Part shown: in pieces, positions 23,797-34,856 of the stretch
How the letters are laid out: each line of letters starts with the position of its first letter
How positions within the stretch are numbered: position 1 is the first letter of the stretch
Source of the DNA: Paraphysomonas bandaiensis
Lineage: Eukaryota; Protista; Chrysophyceae
DNA length: 64,000 nucleotides
Assembly (NCBI GenBank): GCA_965644295.1
Contig: CBFFRP010000028.1
Location: forward strand, 62,001-126,000
Reading direction: 5' to 3'
Notes under the pieces: generated by a model
Seen by the model: only the letters and a program-made list of their open reading frames with translations
Told to the model about the DNA's origin: nothing
Database searches by the model: none
Made by a program: the position numbers and the translations under genes

Positions 23797-24299
23797 TTCA
23801 GAGCAAGAATTAATTGAAAGCTATCTCATTCGGCTGGATTGAATTGTCATCTTGTTGTTATCGCCTGATTACTGCATAAATATTTGATTTTGTTTTAGCT
23901 ACAACGACTCTCCCTGTGCATGTGCCTCATCAGTGTTGGGTTGTAGATTCCTCTTTGAGATATAGTACAGCACAGTATACGGTATACCTGCCTGCATATC
24001 GAAGCTACATAAACTGCCATTTTTTTCTGGCGAAAAAAAAATACTCCTCCAGAATAGGCAGCCGTATTTTGTACTACGACACCACGACTCATGTACTTCG
24101 CTGTGTATATATACGGTATACCATATACGTATACTGTATGTTACGTACAGAGTATATGGTAAATAGTGTTCGAAGGGTACACCGTACAGCTGCAGCAGCC
24201 AACAAGCAAAGAGTATTCAATCATCTGAAGCAGACCACAGTGGCAAATATATTCACACATACACCCACCGTGCAGAGTTTTGCCCCCGAAAATTAAGAC

Positions 24300-25698
24300 A
24301 TGCAAAAGCGAGAGCCTCCGACCGATGTGGAGAATGAAATTTCGAAGAAGGCCAAGTACGAAGTAGCAGTTGTTCCGCCCTCTCAGTCTCAAGTTACGGT
24401 CACGGTAGAGTGCTAATGTGACTGTTTCCACCCTATCAATGCATTAATTTATTTTCAGGATGAGAAGAGGACATCAAATCTGGCAGCTCCTACCATGCTC
24501 CTGACTGGTCATGAGGGAGCGGTCTACTCCATCTGTTTCGACTCGTCAGGTCAGCACCTGGCATCGGGGTCTATGGACAATAACATATGTACGTATGTGG
24601 AACCGGTGTTTTTGATAATAACCCACCTTCTTAGTTCTATGGAATACCTATGGGGAATGTGAAAACTACAATGTGTTGAGCGGCCACAAGAATGCTGTTT
24701 TGGAAGTGCAGTGGGGAACCAACAACACCATATGCTCCTGTTCTGCAGACAAATCTGTTGGTCTTTGGGATAGCAACAAAGGCTCCAGACTTCGCAAACT
24801 GTCCAGTCATTCCGGTATCGTCAATAGCTGCAGCATGGCGAGAGACGCCCCCGAAGTGTTTGCCAGCGGATCTGATGACTGCTCTGTGGTGATTTGGGAC
24901 GCCCGCGATCGTAACCCTGTGATGACCATTCCCCATCAGTATCAGGTATATGTGTGTGATCGTTTCCTTTCTTGTTCTTATGCATAGATTCTGAATGTCT
25001 CTACTGAAATGCAGGTTACAAGTGTGTGTATGGTGGCGGACGGAGGCAGTGTTTATTCAGGAGGCATAGACAATGTTATTCGGTGGGTTTATTTTTAACA
25101 TTACTGTTCCGTTCGCGCTTTAATTTTTATTTATTACAGGCGGTGGGACCTGCGGAAGGTTGAATCGTTCGAGCCAGAACTTGTTCTGGAAGGACACACG
25201 AACAGCATTACAGGCTTGTGTCTTAGTTTCGACGAGAGTTATCTACTGTCCAACGGCATGGATTCCGGTCTTTTTGCATGGGATGTCAGGCCATTCGTCC
25301 CTGATGGAGAGAGTAGACTGCGACGGAAGTTCACTGGAGCCCGACATGGTGCTGAACAGGTCCTTTTACGCTGCTCATGGTCCCCAACTGATTCGGGAGG
25401 AATGTCGGAAAAGGTGGCATGCGGATCCGCAGACAGGTAACACATATCTTGCGTACCGCTCTGCACTACATAATCACGGTTTACTATGCTCATAGGATCG
25501 TTCATATATGGGACGCAGAGTCGACTGAGCAGCTGTACTACCTTCCTGGGCACAAAGGCTCTGTAAATCAGGTGAGTATTGATCCGAATCTGGAATCGAC
25601 CTTGCTCTCATATCTTCCAGGTTATATTTCATCCCCATGAGCCAATAGTTGGGTCTTGCGGGAGTGATAAGCAGATATTTTTGGGTGAACTCTCGTAG
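24300..25698 (+). CDS. SNRNP40: U5 snRNP 40 kDa WD40 protein (multi-exon)
   Basis: RTSNLAAPTMLLTGHEGAVY, LSGHKNAVLEVQW, LSNGMD...WDVRPF, LLRCSWS, YYLPGHKGSVNQVIFHPHEPIVGSCGSDKQIFLGEL. Confidence 0.92.
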
Positions 25699-25953
25699 TG
25701 CAGTTTGTGAGTTGTAAGTTTTCCGTATATGTTGTTTACGCTTGGATAAATAACTGTAGTTGAGTTTCTGATGAGATGCACTCTATTGGATTATCACCAT
25801 ATTTCAGGGCCATATTTTCTCAGAATATAATTGCAAATACTGTGTAGTTGTTTATAGTGAGACTGTCTGGTAATGGTTTCTAGAGAAGATCCTGCAATGA
25901 CATAATTGTAGTATGTGTGATATAATTGCATGGTATATATTATATAGGTAGTA

Positions 25954-26403
25954 GGGAAATATTATTCAACCTAGTCAAATTGGTTGAATGTTGAATTACC
26001 TAGTCACGCTATTTTTGGTGGAATAACCTAGTCAAAGTAATAAATGACTCGACCTAGTCAACTTTGGACTTTGGTATTCAACCTAGTCGTTCTTCTTATA
26101 TCCATTGATTACACACTGTGACTGTCTAAGACCACACCACACAATATATTAGTGGCTTACAGAGCATCAAAACAAACATTCAAACAAAACAATAAGCTCA
26201 TATATACATATCTACTTAACACAGGTGTACATGTATGTCTATCTAGCCTATCTATAGCTTGTAAGTATATTTTAGTCCAACAAGAAAAAAAGGAGGTAGT
26301 TATTGTAAACTAAAAATATGAATTATTAAATGACTAGGTTTTTCAACCTCTTGACTAGGTTTTTACACCAATTTTGGTGTGACTAGGTCCAATAATAGAT
26401 CCC
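25954..26403. mobile_element. Mutator-like MITE, 450 bp
   Basis: Termini GGGAAATATTATTCAACCTAGTCA and (reverse complement) GGGATCTATTATTGGACCTAGTCA; 9-bp TSD TAGGTAGTA (25945-25953) / TAGGTATTA (26404-26412); subterminal ACCTAGTC repeats, 5 on the left and 3 inverted on the right. Confidence 0.8.
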
Positions 26404-27287
26404 TAGGTATTAGGTATATTGTATGCTAAAATGAGATATCATATCACTCTAAAGCACAATCGAAAAGTCACCCCAAGCATGAACTTTCACCGCGACACGA
26501 TTTTTTGGTCAGTAACAGTAAAGACAATACAGTATCAAACTACAAATCTATGTGTACGAAAATGGGTAGTCTACTATTGTCTATTTAGCTATTGAGCCAT
26601 TATGGATTTGGTACAAGGAGAGATGACGTAGATAGAAATAAGAGATAAAAAGTAGCTAGTTATCGTAGTTATGTATAAGAAGAAAAAGGTAGAGTAGATA
26701 TGGATTTCTAGATAATATATTAGACTTTTGGTAAGTCTCAAGTAGTGATATTATGAAGTAGTAGTTGTGCTTCTCCCTCTAGCCTAATATACCTGTGCAC
26801 ATGGCTGAAGATGATAGAGTCATCAGCTTGACTCATGGTGAACAGAACTCATGGTGAACATACAACCAGAGTCCTGTTACATTACTATTACCTATATAAT
26901 AGTATTATAGTCACAAAATTATTGTATTTATTCAATTTCTTTTTACAAATTTTCTATTATAGTAGAACAAAACAAAAATTCACCAAATTAAAAGCTTAAT
27001 ATATTATATTGCACACAGAATCCTGCACTTAACAACAACATATAATCTTATATAAATTCGAGTCGTATTCTTTCTCCAATAATTCACATCACTTCAAAAC
27101 ATTAGTTATACACTATAATTCATACTTTGAAGAAAACATGACATACCGTGTCTGTTTCAATATTATATACTCATCAGCCTGGTAATTCGGAGCTAGCAGA
27201 GTATATATATATAATGTTTGATTATTTAGCAATAGGCATGTAAGTGTTAAAACTAAACAGAAATCTATAAAGTACTTTTGATACTAA

Positions 27288-27583
27288 TATCCTTCAGTAT
27301 GACGCTACGGAGGCTGCTTGTGCGTCGCCGCAAGCACCCAGGTGCGACCACCTCTGCGTTCTGTCCTTAAGGTCAACTAGCCCCGGATGCTTGCCTTAAG
27401 CATTGCCCTTGAGGTGGGCCCAGTACCGGATGCCTGTTTATTCGTCAAGGCCCAAAGACGTTTACACAAGTGACGCTTATTAGTGCCCCTTGTACCACAC
27501 AAGCATTCGGCTATAAAGAAATATCTCCGGTACTTATTCCCCAGAACACCACAAAAAACTACAAGTCCGACTTTGTTGATGGG
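27288..27583 (-). repeat. Dispersed repeat family, copy B (body plus structured tail)
   Basis: Reverse complement aligns with 51111-51428 (body) and 16711-16778 (tail). Confidence 0.85.
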
Positions 27584-28169
27584 AGTTTTGCTATGTGAGA
27601 GTAATTAGAAGCTGTAGTTCTAAGTTATTTAAATTATGACCGTTACTTGAAGAATACAGCTGTGATGAATACTAGTACATAAACAATTGAGATATTGAGA
27701 TGATGGTAATTATTAGTAGTTGGCTGTGTCTATATAAGATCGTATGAAAATGATTGGTAGTTGAGATGATAATGAATGATAGGGGAGATTGATTATAATT
27801 TATAATTCAAGCATTGTGTACATTACGTGTATTTGGTGTGTGAGAGGTTGTAGCGTGTTGTTGTCACACTTGTGCATGATAATTCATAGTTATATTATTA
27901 AATTAAGTGATGCTGATAGACCCCCCCAGAGTACAAGGTTTCATCAATGTTTCTGAAGGCGACTGAAGGACATCTATGGAGATTGTGTTGAGAAAGAATG
28001 GTGTACAAAAGCCTATTAGAGCATTGGAGAGCGATGGAGTCCTGCCATGCTGTTATATCTTACTATATTACTGCTCTTTAGCTTTGTGTTCGCTTGATCT
28101 ATGTTGTATTGATTTTAATTCACCTTCTATGACCTCATGCTTCTGTAATTCGTAGCTATATGCGAGTAC

Positions 28170-28297
28170 AATTCATGACTAGGTTTAATACTATAATTGG
28201 CTAGGTTGAGTCATTTATTGCTTTGACTAGGTTATTACACCAATTTTGGAGTGACTAGGAAAGTCCACCAAATTGACTAGGTTGAATAATATATCCC
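28170..28297 (-). mobile_element. Second, inverted copy of the MITE left arm (solo end)
   Basis: Reverse complement GGGATATATTATTCAACCTAGTCAATTTGG... closely matches 25954-26090; five TGACTAGG-type repeats; no TSD found. Confidence 0.75.
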
Positions 28298-28720
28298 CCA
28301 TTCAAAACGTAAAACATGTCTTGATATTCGAACATGTGGTTTACAGTTAAAATACCAGACTTTATTTGTATAAACAACACACAGTATGCTTTCAAACGAG
28401 AGTATAGGGTGAGCACGAGCTTTTCTGTGCGTTTTGTGTTCACTAAAATATAACACAAGGCAACATAAATTAAAATTGTACAAAAATATCATGAAATGGG
28501 TGTATACCACACAAGTCGCAACATTTTAAAAGAAACGGGGCACGTATTTCAACACAATTGAGTTGCGAAGTGCCTCATTATTAGAATTTATGTATACGTT
28601 AAACGCTTACAGCCCAGAAGAAAGAGTCCCATATCGAACACACAAATTAAATATAATAAGAACAGCTTCATGCTGAATAAGAAAGCATTATGCGCCGACT
28701 AATTAGCAATGCCATGGGGA

Positions 28721-30723
28721 TTAGAACTTTCCCAAAACCTTCAGAACGCCAAACACCACGGCTGACACCAGAATTAGCACAACAGGAAGGAACAGCTTCG
28801 GTCCCCCAAGGAAATGGATTATGACGGACATTTCGCCAATGGAATCGGCTTTATACGCCGCCCGCCACATGCCACCGTGCACAGAATTAAACTTGAACAG
28901 CTCGAGAGTATTTTTGATACCCACCTTCTTACGGTTAGCGGGATTACCCTGTAAATTTCAAAGGATTAAGTTAATTACACTCTGAATAAAATGCTATATG
29001 TGAAACTAAATGGCGATAATGTAGCGATTGTAATGAAGTGCACACTGCATGTCGCTAATACAGATAAACTTACAGGCGACTCCTTTTGGGTAACGTCCCC
29101 TACTAAAACAGCAGCCATGAGTGCATTGGTCGTGTCCTGCTGGAAAATTTCATAGGGCTTGAAGTATGGCATTCCACCGTAAGCCCAGCCGAAAGTTCGG
29201 TTCGAAACAACCGATAAAGTTGCCGTCGACGGTGCAATGTTAGAGGAGACCACCCCTCCAGCCTCGTATATGATCATTGCGCGCCAGTGCTGGAGACGCT
29301 TTGCAATAGCGTAATTAGGCCCCTGAGCAACACTCATACCGTCCACCAACTTAATGGTGGAGTTATCATCAGTAGGAATAGGCTTCAGAGCGTTTTTCTG
29401 GAGCAATTTTCCCATTGATAGTACTTGTACGAGCCCTTCCAGAAGTCGTCCAGGGTGAAAGCCATAATTTTCAGTGGCAGCTTTGTGCGCAGCGTCTGTA
29501 GTGACATGGATATCAGTAGGAGTGCACAGAAATGCCACAGAAGTGTCTTTGCGGCTCTCAAACAGGTGCTTAATGATTCCATCCGCAGCGAGAGACAGCT
29601 TCACATGCATGTCACCATCCAAATACGTATAGTTGCCCACAGTCAGAGCCTGCCCAGGAAGGACAGTTTTCAGCCAGTTCAAGATCTGGGCAGGTTGTTC
29701 CATGAGGTTGCATCCCGCAGCTTTGATGAGGTCATCATCGGTTTTGCATTCCGAGGCTGGCTTGGAGAGCGGAAAGAGAATGCAACCCGGTGAAGAACGG
29801 GCGGCGTCAAGCAACCGCTTCCACATTGATGCAGGGCGGTCTCCCCATGCCCCAGGGATGTCGATGCACACCACCGTGGCGCCGTGTTCAAGGAGCTTCT
29901 TGAATGGACCCATTGCGGATCCCGCACCAATGAGGACAAACACTTTGCCCGAGAGGTCGAGGTTGCCGTTAGCAATAGAACTGACGGTCATAGCGGCATC
30001 AGGTTCCATAGTACCATACCTACAGAGGGAGTATTCCCATTATTATGGCAACACATAAATGAAATAAAGATACGAGTCGTATAGAACGATTACTCGATGA
30101 CAATACGATCATCCACAGAAATATACCTGGCCCACTTTTGTAGCTGACTCTTAAGACTAGCCCCACTCAGCTCGTCACCCTTGTATGGAACCACCAACGG
30201 CTTACCACCCTTGTTCTTATCCAGTCCATTCACAGTGCCGGTTTCGAAGGACCCCCTGGACTGAGCATCCGCCATATACTCCGAGAACTTCTGCACTTTC
30301 TCGGTGGTAGGGTCCACAAATTCAAAATTATTGTGCATAAAGTCTGCTCCAGCTCTCGCGACATTCAATGCAGCCTCCGGACTTAATTGAATACGCGCAA
30401 TGAGAACTATATACTTGTCAAGATAGGTTGTGGTACCTGCTGGCAGAGAGCTTGACCATATTCATCATGTGCTTGTGGTATTTAAATCTCCAGTTCTTCT
30501 CCTTTTCGCAGAGCTTTGCATATTCCTCGCCCTTCTGAGACTTCGCACCCCGCATAGCAGCGGCGAGGATGCTTTTACCCGCCGTTGTGGTGCTGCGCCC
30601 CCCTGATAGCAGCAAATTAAACATACACTACAACTCAATTATATCGCCACTCGCACCTTTCCCATCTTGAGGAAAGCAGATTCCTCTCTCTGGTTTCTTT
30701 TCGGCTGCTCCTTTCTGTGGCAT
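28721..30723 (-). CDS. Uncharacterised Rossmann-fold protein with C-terminal hydrophobic segment (5 exons)
   Basis: ATG at 30723 (MPQKGAAEKK); canonical introns join ORFs 30418-30624, 30090-30368, 28975-30009 and 28721-28924; FVLIGAGSAMGP dinucleotide-binding-like motif followed by VVCID. Confidence 0.8.
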
Positions 30724-31819
30724 AGTTTGCTTTTACTTTAAAAAGGTATGTGTCGAAGCTGAATTGTCCGAGACCAGCCACAACACACAGCACAACACGG
30801 TATCATATACGCAACACGCTTCCACATACATCACGACACACAGAGCATACCACACAGCTGAATCTCGACATCACCATCAGCTCTATCATCCTTCAACCTC
30901 AAATGCAGCACCAGCACCAGCAGCAGAGAAGATTGTTGCAGTATTGTATATCGGTATACCGGTATACAACAGCAGCAGAATACATAAAAATACCACAAGG
31001 AGAATCTGAAAGAACAAACCTGGTTTTTTCCCCAATGGATCGACGTACTCGCTCTCCTGTACATGCTGCTGTGCATGTACACAGAGTACTGCTGCTTAAT
31101 GTGGGAATTCCTCCGATTGTCTATTCCCAACAACAGGATAGCGCATCTGAGCCATCTGCTCAACTCCTATCACTTCGTCATCCTATACTTCAGTAGAACA
31201 CAGTACGAAAAGAAGTTGAAGTATATGTATATCCGAAAAAGGAAGAAAAAGGCCTATCCTGGCATGAACTGGACTAAGGTTCTTTACGCTTGATGTTGCT
31301 TATGGTTTCAATGCATCGCATATACATATGCATACTTTCGCCACTTACTACTGTAGATATATCATATTTCTATCAAGAGACCTCTGAGCAAAGTAAAGAT
31401 ATGTACAACTACTCGACAGAATTCCAACATCACAATTTCACTATATCTCTCTTAACGTAATTCAGTCAGGAGTATTGTGCTAAGACAAGCATAATGTAAC
31501 ACAGTGTTGTGCAAACAAAGTATGCGTTCTGCTACACGTATTATGATGCCTTTTCTGTATGCTAATGGACACTTGTACCAGATATATGCACATTTTTTAT
31601 TAATTTTGATAAACATGATAATGGTGACGATGTCAGCTCCGAGAATGTGAATATGAGGAAAATAGTGACATAGTGATTAGCTAAGTAGTGACTAGTCTTT
31701 GTTTGGCAGCGTAGTGGGTTTGGTTATTTTATGACCCTTATCCCTTATCATATTATCATCAAACACTCCAAGTTGAATTCCAACTTTCGTCTGATGTGAA
31801 AGATAATTATGATGTCAGT

Positions 31820-31936
31820 GCAAACGATCTATCTTCATATCCAGGACTTCGAAAGAATACCTCAAGAATACTACTTGAGAGTTCAAATGCCACATATGAT
31901 GCTGTATAGGTGATTAGGAGCAGTGGCACCCAGTCA
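31820..31936 (+). repeat. Uninterrupted paralogue of the 16.6-17.0 kb relic
   Basis: ctatcttcatatccaggacttc...gagagtt...tgatgctgtatag...ggagcagtggcacccagt is shared with the minus strand of 16665-16970. Confidence 0.6.
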
Positions 31937-32344
31937 TTGCAGGGCGTGGTCACGTTGTGTTTATCAGGAATCAGTATTGTGTGCGCCATATTCGACACAC
32001 AGCATTCAAATTAGGTACACTAGTAGAGGTTAAGCGTGTAGTATATAAATATGATTAATGATAAATGCTAATAATGGCAATATGAAGCCCCGTGCGACTA
32101 CAACTTATCACATTCACTAAAGGGACACTACCTAATACCAGCCATATACTATTACAATATATTGGTCTCATCCCTGTGATAGCATGCTGTTTGACTTTTT
32201 TCTACCTATGGAGCTATCCACTAACAACGTCGAACTTCATTTTTCTCTTAGAGTTTTTCTCTTTCTCTACAAGGACTGTAGTAGATAGAGCCCTGTGCAT
32301 ATTTAGTTTATAACAACATTATGCTCAGCAAATACCAAATAATA

Positions 32345-34332
32345 TTACTTGAACGGCGGTTTAATTCCAGAATAACTTGTGTTTTTAGAGGTATCCCTAT
32401 AACTATCATATTGCCGAACGCCTCTTCCTAACGAAGAAGCAAGGGTAGGATATTGTTCAGACGAATAGTCAGGTCGTCTAACGCCCACTCGACCTGTGCT
32501 CTTCGCACGAGCATTGGGGCTGCCACGTAGCCTCGAATAGGAGTCGGTGGTAGATCTGCTAGAACCACTACAACAGAGCAATACTTCAGAGAAATACACA
32601 ATACTAATTTAATTTTACCTGGACGCTGTCAAATTATCGGATAAATGCCCACCACGATATGTGCTACTCATTAAGTAAGGTCTGCTAATTCTTTTTGTTT
32701 CGTATTTATCGGAAATACGTTCCGATGGACGAATATCTCCCAGGCTAGCAGCTATCGCCCTCTTCAAATCTTCAGCTTCCGTTCTGCATAAGAATTCACC
32801 TTGTACAAAGCTTTTAAATTCATTCTCCCTCTGATGTGCTCGCCTACGCTCGTCGCGTTGCATTTCCCTCACTCTTTCCTTCTCCTTTTGGCGGATCTGC
32901 TCCTCTTTCTGACGTTCCATTACCCTCCTCATATCAATATCTTCCTGTAGCTTTCGCAACAGCCTTCGTTCAGCCCTGTTCGCAGCGTAGACATATTAGT
33001 ACACTCCATAAACATAAGCGTATTACGCACGTCTCTGCCTGCAGGAACCGAGCTTCTGATTCCTCCAATTCGCGCTCATGTCCACGCAGTTCTTCCTGAA
33101 CAATACGACCGTATTACACTTTTAAGTAGTACCTCCAACGACAACCTGCACCACAGATATTCTTCGACGTAACTCCTCAACTTGTTCTTTTTTGTCGTTA
33201 AGAGCCTCCTGAATGATTCGGGACCGCGCAGCATGTACAGTAGAGGTAACAACTTCCATCCGTGCATCATCGTCCCACGCATTCACTTTACCAATAGATG
33301 CAGCAACACAAATTCGATCAGAGAAGAGCCCACCCTCGTGCCCCGTACACGAAACGTATGATTTGTAAGATATATGTAAGTATCGCCCCAGTAATTGCTG
33401 GTCATCTCTAGACTCGGCACCCAGGCAGGAGTACTGGAGCGGGAGAGGCGACAAACTGCGGGACACCAATGGGTAGTAGCTTCCTTCCCCACACACTACT
33501 GCCGAAAAGTGGCCCACATGACTCGCATGTATAACTGTCTGTTCCATCTCAGCCTCAGGATCAGGAGGAATACTAAGACTGGTATACAGGACGGCTAAAG
33601 GAACTCGACAGCAGTCATGAGGATTGTGTAACACAGGCAGGTATATCCCACCCAAAGACTGGCCTACAGTCACAGGATGTTACAAGCAAAATATATGCAA
33701 TATATAAAACACCTACCAGATACACCGGCAGCACTTTCTGTGGTGTAGCATATGATTGGCCGCCGCAGAATATGTGATAAGCCAGCAATGTGGATACCCT
33801 CCAGGTAACTGCAAAACAACTTAAGCACACTGTGAGAGCGCGTATAATATACACCCTACCATCCAACATTGCAGGCCGTGTCCACAGCATTCATGAACTC
33901 ACTTTGTAAAATATTCATATCCCTAGCATCAGGGTAGCCCATGGATGCATCACGTCGTCGTTCTTCAGCGCACCACAGCCCCAACAACTGTGCTAACAGG
34001 CGCTCAGAGGAAAATGCCATCGTCAGCAGACCTCTCAAAAATCGATTACTATCATCTTTTCCCCACATTGCAATTGATGCAGCGTGAAGTAAACAGTCCC
34101 CATCTCCTGAGGTGTTGAGTACAAAAAGTGAACAGCTTCCAGGATCAGTTGGGGGCAATGCCGATACCAATTGATCCTGATTATAACGATCCAGAGGAAA
34201 GTGATGAGTATGAGAAAGTAGATCACGAGGTATCTGGAACGAACTATGTGTTATTTTCCCATCTATATATCCCTCTGATTCTTTGAAATGATAATCCACA
34301 AGAGCAGACAGAAGGTCCTTATTGAGAGACAT
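32345..34332 (-). CDS. A20/Cezanne/TRABID-type OTU deubiquitinase with coiled coil and UIM (multi-exon)
   Basis: NTSGDGDCLLHAASIAMWG (catalytic Cys), HILRRPII, GGIYLP, GHFSAVV (catalytic His); UIM-like EAEDLKRAIAASL. Confidence 0.88.
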
Positions 34333-34676
34333 GGCGCTTATTTATTACTTTAATATCGTACCAAGCCCAAACTGTTGACGTGATAAAATTGGGAAGAAAT
34401 GAGTGTGAAGTCTCTCAAGTATAGTGAATGTCCCTCTCAATATGTACAACAAGGCCTCACGAAGATATCCTTCCTCTGCTGTGTTTCATACAGAGGAATA
34501 CCCGGTATACTGTATACTGTACAATGCATACATTACGAATTCCAGCTCTCGTTCTGGTAGGAATTCCTACATACATAGCCTCGGCTCCAAAACAGTAGCA
34601 GGGTATACCAGGAATACAGTGCACAGAGACACACAGAGCGGATTCTTCCTTGACGTAAATTTGATCATGCCGTGGA

Positions 34677-34677
<1 letters not shown>

Positions 34678-34708
<31 letters not shown>
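34678..34708. repeat. (CAGG)n microsatellite
   Basis: About 7.7 tandem CAGG units. Confidence 0.9.
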
Positions 34709-34856
34709 CTGTCTGTTAGAGCTAAGCAGTGTACCATATAGAGAGAGGGGTACCACTCTACATCATAGCAACCCTCTATATTCAACTCAACCATGCTATT
34801 AGAATGAGGGTCTACTGATACTGGTGTACCTGTACTCTGACAGCGTATAGCTGAGT

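Noticed and set aside
25965-26090. Regularly spaced ACCTAGTCA repeats resembling a mini-CRISPR array
   Set aside because: Repeats are only 9 bp, sit in the arms of a TSD-flanked MITE in a eukaryotic genome, and no cas genes are present.
30750-31293. Short ORFs upstream of the Rossmann gene
   Set aside because: Low-complexity promoter-like DNA with non-ATG starts and no recognisable homology.
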